NCBI GenBank assembly: GCA_910592345.1
Contig: CAJVPI010000169.1
Span: forward strand, 1 to 46,856
DNA length: 46,856 bases
Source: Paraglomus brasilianum
Lineage: Eukaryota
Direction: 5' to 3'
Shown one piece after another: positions 1 to 11,800 of the stretch. The position numbers and the translations under genes were made by a program. The notes below the pieces were generated by a model, which saw only the letters and a list, made by a program, of their open reading frames with translations, ran no database searches and had not been told where the DNA came from. Numbering within the stretch: the first letter of the stretch is position 1; the number at the start of each line of letters is the position of its first letter.

Positions 1-312
1 ATGTTTTCACACGTTTTCGAAACAAAATATCCAATGTTTGGAAAATTTGCTGGAGACATTCGCTCGAGCTTGAAATTTTACATGTGATCAGGTATTGTGT
101 CAAACTTTTGTTTTGGAAAATTTAAGCAGTTACTATTATGTAAATTTGCAGGATATAACCGTTCGGATACTTATGACCGCTACTGTAACTCAGTATACCC
201 ATTGCAACTATGTGCTACTTATGTGATGCGCAAGTTATACAAAGATTACATAATCATAGATATTTTATATTGATATTACGAGATATGTTTGTGAACACAA
301 TCAGATTTTTCG

Positions 313-1365
313 TTATTGTATAATGAGAAGTTCCGTTATTGGATCTAAAAGAAAAAGAAAAAGATTTATAAAAAGAAAATAATAAAAGAGCAGTTGCACA
401 CACGTACCAATTTTAAATTCAGTAACACTCCCATTTTCTACACTCCATGCCACATTCTTATGTTCATCCAGTTTATTCTCTAAATAATTTCCGAGTGGCC
501 ATAATAAAAAATTAATATGGTCCCAATCAAATATGCGACCGTAGCAGTCAAGAAAAAGCATTCCGTAGTCACGTTCTCCGACAACAATGATGTGATTAAA
601 GCCAAACTCTTTGATACCCTCCATATCATCAGTAAGATCAGTAATATCTAATCCTTTACTTTCACTCCAGATATCATGACAAACAGAAGTTGCAATACGA
701 TAACGGTCATATCCATTCTTGATCTTTTCGACTAACATGAATGAACTATTACATGCATCTGATGATTCACATGGTCCATTATCTTCTGACACATTATACA
801 TGGGAGTACGATTTTCAATTTTTGGCGTAGGGAAACGGTTCGGGAATACAAGATGACATGGTGTCGTCGGTTCCTCTGTTGTCCATTTACTAGTTCCGAA
901 AGTGCCCACAAAGGAACCGACTCGGAACAGTTCCCCCAATGATGGTTCAAACGCTTTGATTTTTCTTCTGTTAGGGCAACATTCGAACGACACCACTGCA
1001 ACGCTGGTATTTTTTCTACTCTCGAATTCGTTATCAGCTTGTGGTTGTCGTGTATCGGTGATGTTTGTTTTGGTTGTTTTCCGCTGTTGACCGACGCCCC
1101 AAACATGTAATGACTCACGGTCTTTTTTGACTGGGATTGCCTTTTTTTTTCTTTTCTTCTTTCCTTGCTTGTTTTTTGCGATTTTTTCGTGATTGTCTTT
1201 CGTCGAGGCGAATACGTGATGTTTATCGTCGTTGGACGAGCTTTTATGTCTGTTTCCATCATCATGATTACTTTGCCCAAGAGTCTTTGCATTTGGTGAA
1301 GATAAGCCCGTGTCATTTTCCTCCGTTTGACATGGTATCCCCACAGGAAACAAACGGCGTCCCAT
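313..1365 (-). CDS. Protein with a disordered basic N-terminus and a C-terminal SUKH-like (Smi1/Knr4/US22 superfamily) domain; probable in-frame intron 345..407, spliced product about 329 aa
   Basis: ATG at 1365. C-terminal GIKEFGFNHIIVVGERDYGMLFLDCYGRIFDWD...LWPLGNYLE resembles the SUKH-3/US22 pattern hhhD..G.hh......h..hG..h.e. A 63-nt GTACGT...TTTTAG intron removes the implausible F/L-rich segment and gives ...EFKIDPITELLIIQ*. Alternative start at ATG 738 (MLVEK). Confidence 0.6.
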   Translation of the reverse strand: MGRRLFPVGIPCQTEENDTGLSSPNAKTLGQSNHDDGNRHKSSSNDDKHHVFASTKDNHEKIAKNKQGKKKRKKKAIPVKKDRESLHVWGVGQQRKTTKTNITDTRQPQADNEFESRKNTSVAVVSFECCPNRRKIKAFEPSLGELFRVGSFVGTFGTSKWTTEEPTTPCHLVFPNRFPTPKIENRTPMYNVSEDNGPCESSDACNSSFMLVEKIKNGYDRYRIATSVCHDIWSESKGLDITDLTDDMEGIKEFGFNHIIVVGERDYGMLFLDCYGRIFDWDHINFLLWPLGNYLENKLDEHKNVAWSVENGSVTEFKIGTCVQLLFYYFLFINLFLFLLDPITELLIIQ

Positions 1366-1544
1366 ACAGTTATCAATAAGACTGGCGGAAGTCTCGGCGG
1401 TGACACCACAATCCCTCCTGTTCCGTACGGCATTACGATCCTTTGATATCTATGTAAAAAATATCCAAACAGCATTTTAACCTTAAAAAACTTATTTTCT
1501 GTGCAAAAACGACGAAATAACACAATACCTGAAGTTGTTGACAA
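732..1544 (-). CDS. Putative zinc-dependent nucleic-acid deaminase-fold protein (YwqJ-like CxE...PCxxC), overlapping the SUKH-like ORF out of frame
   Basis: 270-codon ORF with HWGNCSE (GNCSE at 935..921) and LPCIMC (PCIMC at 803..789), about 40 residues apart and separated by a helix plus hydrophobic strands. Opens with TTG at 1544; first ATG at 1475. Confidence 0.5.
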   Translation of the reverse strand: MSTTSGIVLFRRFCTENKFFKVKMLFGYFLHRYQRIVMPYGTGGIVVSPPRLPPVLLITVWDAVCFLWGYHVKRRKMTRAYLHQMQRLLGKVIMMMETDIKARPTTINITYSPRRKTITKKSQKTSKERRKEKKRQSQSKKTVSHYMFGASVNSGKQPKQTSPIHDNHKLITNSRVEKIPALQWCRSNVALTEEKSKRLNHHWGNCSESVPLWALSELVNGQQRNRRHHVILYSRTVSLRQKLKIVLPCIMCQKIMDHVNHQMHVIVHSC

Positions 1545-2011
1545 AAGTCGTTATTATAGGTCTCGTCCATGGTTCTGTAATTGCGAGTTTATTAAGCCAC
1601 TGCAAATCTTGCTCCTTCATATAAGTATAGTTAGTGGTTTGTGCAACGGATCATTATTTATATTAGTTCTGTCGATCGTAGTTTAAAATTTTCGGTCTCA
1701 AATTGAATTATAAATTAATGTTTTGGGAACCCGTTTATTAATTCTTCTAGGAATACCGCATAGTTCCGAAAATAACACTAGTAAAGACAGCCATGCGCAT
1801 GACACTCACGCTTATGATGCAGTGAGTTGCTTGCGTTGCTTGTAAATTATATACACGTATTAAATTTTTGTATAATACAATAATAACAAAGACACGTAAC
1901 AAAAAGTCATGCGATCGCGCTTATAATGCAGCAATGTTATTGATACGGCATTTTATTGGTGAGTTGATTGTAGACCCCTAATTAAGATTCGGTGTTATTG
2001 ATTTATTTGCA

Positions 2012-2245
2012 CAAATTGAGAAAACTCGGGATTTCAGAAATGTTGAAGAAGCGCAGAAAGACGTAGACCTTGTTGCATACACCAGTACATTAAAAATAGG
2101 CGTTTCTTGTATCAATTTAAATTTGAGCGAGCATTTTGACTATTCAATAGTCACATAGAAACTAATGCCGGATACATTAAAGATTGTGTAGCACAGATTG
2201 AGCAGAGATCCCAATTACCGAAGAGGGGGGTTTTTTTGTTGATTA
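2012..2245 (+). pseudogene. Degenerate fragment of a replication origin-binding (UL9-like SF2 helicase) gene
   Basis: Manual translation: EKTRDFRNVEEAQKDVDLVAYTSTLKIGVSC / frameshift / ERAF*LFNSHIETNAG..IKDCVAQIEQRS. YTSTLKIGVS resembles helicase motif V of origin-binding proteins. One stop and one frameshift. Confidence 0.45.
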
Positions 2246-3846
2246 ACAGAAACAAGCTCAGAATTATAACCCATATAATCATTTCTGGTTAAATTGTTTT
2301 TAATTCTGACTACAAAATTTTCCCAACCGTCCTGATAAGAAACGTCAAATTCAGGTATTAATAAACGTCTACGTGTATTTTGGGTGGACGATACTTTGCG
2401 AATTGTAACCAAGCTTGCAGTGAATTTTTAATATAGTTTAAACATATTCAGTTAACCTGTTTCGGGTATATTTGTTTTTTGTCCATTCCCTTACAATATT
2501 GTTATGTCTACTAAGTTGATATTTCAAACGTGTGGATTTTAATAAAGACTTTTTATTTAATTGTTGGCTAGTTTCGGCTTTCTTCCTTGGCTGACGATGC
2601 AAACTCGATCTCATCGTACTTGAATGACGACACAATCGTAACTCGTCATCACTTGGTCAATACCGGTTTTTTCCCCAACATCTCTGCCGGCTACGTACGT
2701 AACTCCGCAAGCCAACTCCGTGAGCCAACTCCTGCAATGACAACGCAAACATATCCCACCATACTCTAATAATTGAGATTCAAAAAAACTACCTCCAGAA
2801 GAGCTTAAAATGGCTATAGGAGCTTAAAATGGCACGGGATTGTTATAGTCTATACCACACCACTAATGTTGTGGGCAATAAAAACAGTTTTGGACACTTT
2901 AAAGAAAAATTGCACAAAGAGGGTTTTTCCAGAGTCTGGATAAAGCATCAATGTGTATGCAAGACAAGAAGTGTTTAAACTGAGGGAAGGCCACATTGAG
3001 AAAACTCCTGATGGAAAGTTAGACAAATATGCCAACGTTTATGCTGTCCATTGATATCTAGATGAATCTAAACATTATTTTGACACTTGTACGATTCATA
3101 TAATAAACGATATACATACATATTGGACTATTGATTATCCCCGGCAATTGGCAATTTCGATTGCTGTAACCGCGGGTTCCGAAAAATCACTGGATAAAGT
3201 GATCTTGTTCATCAATTCTCAGAATTTGCAAATACTGTACGATTGTTAATAAACGCGTTTACGTTGGTGTCTAATATTTCCCCAACGTATCCCCTACGGA
3301 CTATCGAAACTAATCTCGTCGATAGAGGGTAGAGGCATAACTGTTGTGTAATTGACAATCGAGAATCTGCGTTATACAGACCAGTTAATGGAGAATTGTG
3401 AGTATATTTTTAAAGTTACTTTAAAAGTCGCTAATTTTATTAGCAATTTAAGCAGGCGTAGGTTAGCCAGGCCTCGAGCAAAGGAGCCAACTCCCAAAGC
3501 CAATTACTGAACGCTCTCCCGCAGTGGTCAGGATAATTTACAACTACACTAAACTAGACGCGTTTATGAACAATTAATCAGCAATTATTACTCTCAGTAA
3601 TTGATGTTTACCAGGGATTTGAATTAAGAGTATTGTATTAATGAAAAGAGAACGCGAGGATCATACAACTGCTTTATATATTTCTACCGTTTCACTAGGT
3701 TTGGATTAATTAGTTACTGTTGACGTCGTTGCAGAAAAAATTTGTTCTGTGTTACCGGGTGCTGGTAGCGGCGCAGAAATAGGAGAAAAAATACGTCACT
3801 ATTTAAATCTTAGTCCTCACACTTGACACTGTCGCTCGTTTGAAAC

Positions 3847-4866
3847 ATGGCTTCTTTGCCTTGTGAGCTTCTTACAACGATTTTTGACGAGTATGCAAAC
3901 GATTCCTCTACTCTCCACTCTTGTATTTTAGTCAACAGAAACTGGTGCGCGGTAGCTCTTCAATACCTGTGGGCTAAACCTTTTACCTTGTTGTGTTCAA
4001 ATCTAAGGAGGACAAACAGCCAATCAACCAACCTCATAGCCACATTTATTGAATGTTTTACTGATGTCGACACTCTCGAGAACGCCTTACAACACTGCAG
4101 TAAAAAGTTTCCTTTCGATTATCGTCTTTACTTAAAGGAGATTCATTTTACGGAAATCTTTTATTTGACAGAAGAATGCTACAAAACCAGGGTGCAAGTC
4201 AGAATCGCCGATTTGGCAATTAAATATTGTCCAAATCTCAAAACTCTTTCGTTTACAACACATATACGGTATCCTTTGACTCAAAGCCGATTTCTAAAGT
4301 CTGTCAAAAGCCTCCCCGGTTTGCAAAATTTAAGCTTGTGTTCAGACTTGGATAACATGAATAATGTATTCAGAGCATTTTCTAAGGTTGCACATAATTT
4401 GACATCAATTTCAGTCGAAATCTACGGGAAGCGATCACATGACTTTGAAATATTGCAACACGGGTTCCAAAAACTCATACAGTCTCAACATCAATTAAAA
4501 GCAGTTGCTATGAAGAATGTGAAGATCAAATCACCGTTTAAATTGTTGGAGTCTCAGTCGAATTCTCTGGAATCAATTGTGTTCAAAGACGTATCCTTCG
4601 ACCGGGATGATTTAACCGTTGAAACAATCAAGTTTCATCAATTGACAAGTATCTGCATAAATAAATGTCGGATATCATCAGGAGGGTTAGGATCAATCTG
4701 CAAGGCCAAATTACCAAAGTTACAACATCTCGAGCTTAAATTTACTAGTTGGCTACACGCAAGTGACTGGATTTTGTTGCGCAATATGTACCAAAATCAA
4801 ATAATTAAATCTGGATGGAATACTGTTGGTATATTTGGTGGTCAGGATTTAGAAGATTATAACTGA
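3847..4866 (+). CDS. F-box / leucine-rich-repeat (RNI-like) protein, 339 aa
   Basis: N-terminal F-box (LPCELLTTIFDEY...LHSCILVNRNWCAVALQYLWAKPF), then PFDYRLYLKEI and LxxLxL repeats (CPNLKTLSF, LQNLSL, LTSISV, LQHLEL). Single clean ORF. Confidence 0.9.
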   Translation: MASLPCELLTTIFDEYANDSSTLHSCILVNRNWCAVALQYLWAKPFTLLCSNLRRTNSQSTNLIATFIECFTDVDTLENALQHCSKKFPFDYRLYLKEIHFTEIFYLTEECYKTRVQVRIADLAIKYCPNLKTLSFTTHIRYPLTQSRFLKSVKSLPGLQNLSLCSDLDNMNNVFRAFSKVAHNLTSISVEIYGKRSHDFEILQHGFQKLIQSQHQLKAVAMKNVKIKSPFKLLESQSNSLESIVFKDVSFDRDDLTVETIKFHQLTSICINKCRISSGGLGSICKAKLPKLQHLELKFTSWLHASDWILLRNMYQNQIIKSGWNTVGIFGGQDLEDYN

Positions 4867-5800
4867 GAGCTATATCCTAGTCATATTACATTTCAGAATA
4901 TTATTATCACTTTGGGTAATTACATATTGGTGCAATTTACTAAACATCTTTTCGAACAAGTCTTCTTTTTCTTTTCGCTTTATAAATCTGCAAGATTAGT
5001 AGTAACAACCATATGTTTATTACCTTGAGTAATAAATAACGCAACAATTCTGTTGCAAACAGTTGCGCAATTCCTAAAGCAAGTCATTTTCGTCTTCATC
5101 TTTTTAGGAGCCTCTTGGACACTTGCAATAATTCATCATACTGAGATATCGCTTGTTTCTAGATTCAATATAAACTTTTGCGCTCACAACAAATTATCAA
5201 CAAGCATCGAATGACTTCATTTTCTATCCCAGTTACGTTATCCAGTGGTTTATTGCCAACGACTTCCAAACAAGAAATCTCAGACAATCGAGCATACGCC
5301 ACTAAAATAAAATACTCTAACTGTCACGTGAAATAGACTTATCGAAGGTTGACTGACTTGCAGCATATTTCGATTCTTTATATGTCGACCGACTTATCAA
5401 GAGATTTAAACGTTGATCGAAATCGACTTGTCGAATTTGCCTATATTATGAAATTATTATTTTCTTTTCACTTAAATACTTTAGAATTTCTAATCACAAC
5501 AATTTAGTTTGGTAATTTAATTTCCGAACGGAAATCGGAAACGTAACATCATACGTGATTAGTAAAACATGTCTGGTTTCGTTGCAGCATCTCCAAATAC
5601 AAAATAGATAACTAACCAACGACAACGAGGGCGCTTTCGGTTATTTTAACCAGGACATATATTACATTAATGCGATTAATAAAATTACTTCCAAATGACA
5701 GTTACATATAAACATTTAAAAAGCGTATATACGCGCGTCAATTCAAGACCGCATATTCTTTCTGTTTGCGAGCAGCATAACCACAGATACTCTTTATTAA

Positions 5801-5885
5801 TGTTGTGTCTGAGTTTGGGACACGTCTCAGAGAGGAACCCAGTCACGCTCAGTTGTCTCGGTCCAGTCCCAACTGAGATACAACA
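5801..5885. mobile_element. MITE family 1, short copy
   Basis: Terminal inverted repeats TGTTGTGTCTGAGTTTGGGAC / GTCCCAACTGAGATACAACA, flanked by ATTAA on both sides. Related copy at 23507..23653. Confidence 0.7.
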
Positions 5886-8800
5886 ATTAATACCACGATG
5901 TCTTCCTCGCTTGATACATAAATGTGATGGCTTTACTGCATACATGATTATAAAGCTCGCAAAATTGACCTTTAAGTGAGCGGGTTGTTAACCATTTCTT
6001 CTTCTCTTTTTTTTACTACTTACGTACGTCTGATTGACTACAAAATACAGAATAACATTCGCTTATCAATTTCTTTGCTTGCAAGTATAGTTATTGCGTA
6101 TGTAACCAGATATTAACTTTGAAAATAGATTATTTGCATTAAATAAATTGAAAGGCTATTAAAGTTTTTGGACCTTACTCGATACTTTTTCGATACTTTG
6201 ATTTCTACTCTAATGATTACAAGCATTATTTGTTCCACAATTCAGATGGCTGCACAGTCAGTTGTGCGTGTATCCCTTAAAATTTTTTATTCGTCTCATC
6301 AAACTCCCCTTGTTTAGTTGCTATTGTCTTATCTTTAAACAAAAGGTAACTCACGATTGTTTAATCCTTCCCGCATTGAGGTTTAAGGGCTTGCTTAAAA
6401 GGACACAATGATGACATTGATTAAAAAAAGTGTAGTGTGTATAAATTAACAGCTTCCAAATATAGTTAGGAATGTCAACTTGAAATTCGTAAATGTAAAA
6501 TAATTGGTAAATCCCCATCAAACATTATTTTGCCAAATTTAGCAAGCCCCTTCCCTTGATTGTGTTACTATTTTCCGTTAGCTGGGCTGAAACGTGGGGC
6601 TTAATAAACGTAGACGGCATCTGGCACCAATTGAAAGTAATATTTGCGATCGTCATACAAATAGCATAATTTACACCTGACTAAATCGTGCTCTTGTTCT
6701 AACGCCATGCTAATCAAATCGTGAGTTCTTTTTTGCCACTTTTAGGGAGAAGACCGGACCTTACTATTAACGGTCACCATACGATTTAATCAAGTAGCGT
6801 GTATCTAACTTTAAATTTCGATGAGCAAGATGCAATCTAACCAAATGAAAGATTATCTCGAAGTTAATATGGGCATCGTAATATGAAATTAAATAGGCCG
6901 TGAATTTTGATACGTATGAAGAACTAATGGGAGAACTTCTTTACAAGAAACCAATTTAAATTGATAGATGACAAAAATAAAGAAGATTGTAAAGAATAAT
7001 TAATCAGTTATTAAGAGAAAGACGTTGATTAAAAGAGTAGATTGAGCAACGGCTAATAACAGTCAGTTCAAAGAAAATGTCTAAAATTCAACATCAATAA
7101 TCAACAATGAAAATTGCCTTTTTCTCTCAAAAGCATATGGATTCCAACTTTTTATTGAATAGCGGTTGTTTTTTGCAAACGCGCAGTCGTAATTAACATA
7201 TTAAGACAACTCGTCTATTGAAGTTCTGAAATTCTTAACGATCTGCTATATGCCAAGACATAAAATTATTATCACGTTGATCATTCATCAAGCTATACTA
7301 GGAATGGAAGACAAACACGGGTCTTTTACGAGCTCTATAATCCAACATAGTAAAACTAGTTCATTTGCTCGAAATCTTTCATTTATATTTAAGAAGTACG
7401 CTGAATGAATTTAATAATAAATGAAACGAGGGTTGGTTTATAGTGAACGAATTACAAGCGTTTTGATACACGCTTTAATAACAATTATAATCTTTCCGTT
7501 GTATTGTATTGTAACCCCATGTTGCTTTACTTTCCATCAACACTGTCTTACATTCTATAGCTTTACCTATTCCCAATTCAATTTACACGCCATGTCCAAT
7601 CTCATGTTTACAATAAACTTTTTCCATGATTTTCTCGGTCTAATCCATGTACAGTCCGTTCCCAGAACATTCCTTACCAAATGTTGAATGATGTAGTATG
7701 AGGTGATTTCTTGTGTAAAAAAAAAAAGGGTAAGAATAGGAATTGCTGGTCTATTGTCGTGAATACATCTATCGAGAGTCATAGATGGTCACATGTTCAG
7801 AGTTTTTTGTAGAAGAAAAGAGTCATATATGATCACAAGTTTAAAATGATTGGTTGTATCGTGGGAATGGATCCCGGGTATTGGACTGACAACAATTGAT
7901 TGGAAGTATCGTTGAACCAATATATGCAGATTTGTCCACATGAATTTATTTGACGATCAATGTCGTATGTTATCCAATTCAACCGTCATTGTTCTTGTGC
8001 ACGCATTTAATTAGTACCTTCCGTCCCTGACAATAGGATGTTCGGACCAAGATTGTTCAAGATTCGCACAAATAAGTTTTGCTCTTGTCTATTTTAGTTG
8101 TCATTTAACTTGGTGGCATGCGAGTATATCCAGTGATAATCTGTTGATATAAAAAAGAAGGGATACGAATCTCACCAAGAACCATTTGAAGGAATTTTAT
8201 CTAAGAAGAAAAATCCAAAATATTAAAAAGTTGTCTGCTTTGGTTGATTGGTGTCCATTATAAATGCGGATGTTATCACATTATCGGAGAAGGGAGGAAA
8301 AGCATAATAATAGTATGTAGTATTATCGGCAGTAAGTCGATTCTTCATGTCGAGTATAGTAAAGGCAAAAGTTTGAACTTGATTGGTTAATATTTTAAAG
8401 CACACACATATAATTTATGTTGGATGTCATTTTATTTTAATATTTGTTAATTACGGACAGTATTTAATAGCATATTGACAATTAATTAGTCATAAACTTC
8501 CGTAGTTATAAGCGATCAAGAAAATCTCACGTTCTTAAAAATAATTCAAATGATACAAAGAAACGATTATGAAGTAAGGCCAGGCGAGAAGAAAAAGGGG
8601 GGAAAAGTTAATTTCCAAATTGCGATATTGTCTTTCTAACTTTCTCGCATTTGAGTCATAATCTTCTTAGTAAATACAGATAATATTCGATATTATCACT
8701 GATGTCTCACCGAGTCGTAAAAAGAGACATTTTCCGAAAACGAATACGAAATAGAATAAAATTGTTGCATAAATGTATTTAAGGTTCCCAAGAAGTTCGA

Positions 8801-11800
8801 TGACTCCATTGACGGATTTTCCTCCACGCGAATTTGACGGATGTAAACAAACACATCGACTACTTTAGAGAATAGACGAGATTCGGATGTGTTACTTAAT
8901 TTGGTTTGTGTATGTATTATATACAGTATACATTAAAAAAAAAAAGGAGCTCAAATGATTTAAGCTTACGCCGATCAAGAGAAGAAAAAAAAAAAAGACA
9001 TACATTGACCATATTTCCTGCTTTACAATGCCATTCTAGGCAATATATTTTTTTGCTCGTATATAACAGAAGGGGAAACTGATACAAGAACAATAAAATT
9101 TTTTGAGAAGCCGTTGGCAAATAGAAAGAGTTGGAATAGTTACGACTATGTAAGTTGTGGGACATTTACCTTGCTGAATCGACATGTAAATGAAGGTTTT
9201 TGTTTGCGTGGTGTGTAAGTGTGTGTATTACAGTAGTTGAGTATTTCTTATTTAATTGATTTTCTACTAGTATAGTATACTATACAAAGTTTGTATAGCG
9301 CATATTTGTTTGTTTACATTAGACGCATTCGATACAAAAGATAGAACGACGTAAGGAAGAAGCGATGGGTGATGGGGTATTATACGAACGAATAAAGAAA
9401 CGAAATTTAACTGGAGGAATCCGTAATGGACCATCGACTACTCGGGGGGGTACGTATTAAGAGTGAGCATTAATATCTAACGTGCGTATACTCCCTGCAA
9501 TAGAAGTGTTTTTGTTCGTAGGCTGAGGATTTTACAGACGTCCGATGTGAATTTATAGAAACGGGAAAAAAGTACAATTTTTTTTTGAGGCACTTGAACT
9601 GATGTATTATGTAGCGTTGGAAGATTACACAAAACGTAAAAACAAGAGTGTGATACATTTAACGGCTCTATAAACTAGCGAGCTAAAAATACATAGAGTC
9701 ATTCTGTATAATTAACCTGCAATACATAAAATGAAGGTGTAATATGGAATTTTATTTTGTTCGTTACTCTAATGTCGCATGACGATACAGTAATCTAACA
9801 TGCATATGATGCTCATCTGAAGATTGCTATAATATAAATCTTTTTTTTATACGAGAATTTCCTGTCTATCAGTTATCTACACTTTCCCCCCTGTACCCCT
9901 CCTCCGACTCGTTGAATTAAATAGAGATTATGGCATTAACGGCCAAAAGAAGAATCTAATTTCCATCTATAGCCGATATTTGAAAGACATAGTATAAAAG
10001 AAAAAGTACCAGTTATCGTTCAATTTGACGTTTTGAAAACCCTGTATCTCACGTAATCATTAGTCAAGTTTGTGCTACATGGGCGTGATTTGACAGTTGA
10101 ATTGGCTGTTGTATATATATATATATATATATGCTACATTTCACCCCACATTTTGGACATGAGTTTGTATCCCATCCAATCGAAAATGGGTAATCATGCC
10201 CAACCAATTATACTCTACAAACCCCCAAACGTCTGGTTACATTAGGCATTTAGGAGAGAAAAAAAACACCCCCCAATGAATGAAAGTTTTTGAGAAAAAT
10301 GAGGATGAAATGACGTTATGACACATGTTACATATAGACACATCGACGAAATGAAATAAAAGGTCTCATCAATATTGCGACAGACAGCAGCAACATACCC
10401 CATCATCACGTGGGTTTGTATTGTAGATAAGGAGCTTATATCTCTCTGGGCGAATAAAAATTGCAGTACAACCCTGGACAGTATCTCGATATGTTCTTCA
10501 TTGTATGCTAGTTCATGTCTGAATTCTGTTGCACTACGTTCTCCTGACGATAGTGCCATATCCACTCATGTCATTTTCCTTATGCATTATTAGTAAGCTT
10601 GACATTTGCAACGTCAAAAAATGACATGCAGAATTAGGTTTCGTTTCACATGTCTATACGCTAAAGGATCAATTAATATTAATCTCAAGATAAATGATTT
10701 TCGGATAAAATAATTAAGAGTGGTGTTATCATATTCCCTCTACTAAACCAAGCGAGCGTATGTAAGGGCATGTGTGTATGTGCGTGTCTGTATGCGTCTG
10801 CAGTGTGTGTCGTGTTTGTATGCTGTTCGGTTATTGCTGACAATCACATTGGATCGCTTATCAGAACCATTGTAATTTGACGCATTGTTCCTTGATACTT
10901 TCATTCCCAACATCGCCCGTAAATGACACTCCTCGATTGCTTGATTGTTCAATAACCTTATTTACGCCTCATCCCTTCACCCGGCCCCTTCAATCTATCC
11001 AACCCCATCTTGCCACGTATACACAGCACATCCTTGAAAATCATCGACATCCAAACGGGCTAAATAGTGTAGAGCATTACGTTTAATAAGTAAGTTTGTC
11101 TATGGCCAATGACACCGATATTATTGTCGTCATCATTAATTCCTACGACAATCATGTGGTCAGATACGCGGATTACAAATCAATAGAAACTCATTTGATT
11201 AGCATGGTGTGCGAAAAAGCTTTAAACAAATTTCTCCTCCTCTGTATTACAAGTTTATGCAATATCTACTATCCCCCCACTGTCGATCTGAACTTTATCC
11301 CACCAACTCATCCAATGCATACGCGAAAATGAATTTAACTGAATGAACCTTCTTTTAACGTATATCTTAATAAAAAAAGTTACTACTTTTCATCTATCAA
11401 TTATAATTAATAATTGCAAATAATCCCGGTTTTTGCGGTGCCAAGAAACGTAAATGTCTATTATTACCATATCGTGTACGAAAATCAATGACGTCCTGGT
11501 TGCATTGTAGATCGCAAAGCCTGAATGATTATAATCTGGTGCAAATTGTTCGTCGAGAATGCACGATAGCGATCAAAAATCAAACTGTGAGTGAGATATA
11601 TACACTCGAATTATCAACTTGCGTTATGAATATATGCTTAACAAAGGAATAGATCACAAATGACTGAAACTAGTCCCTAATTGATCCGTAATTAATAACT
11701 GATGCATTGTATGCAATAAACGGTTCTCTACCGGTTCGATCAATATTACCACGAGCATCATTCACGCATGACTCCTGCATCTAACACCCTGTAAAAAATT

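Noticed and set aside
5685..5979. Overlapping 86-aa and 94-aa ORFs on opposite strands
   Set aside because: Both span MITE family 1 (5801..5885); spurious.
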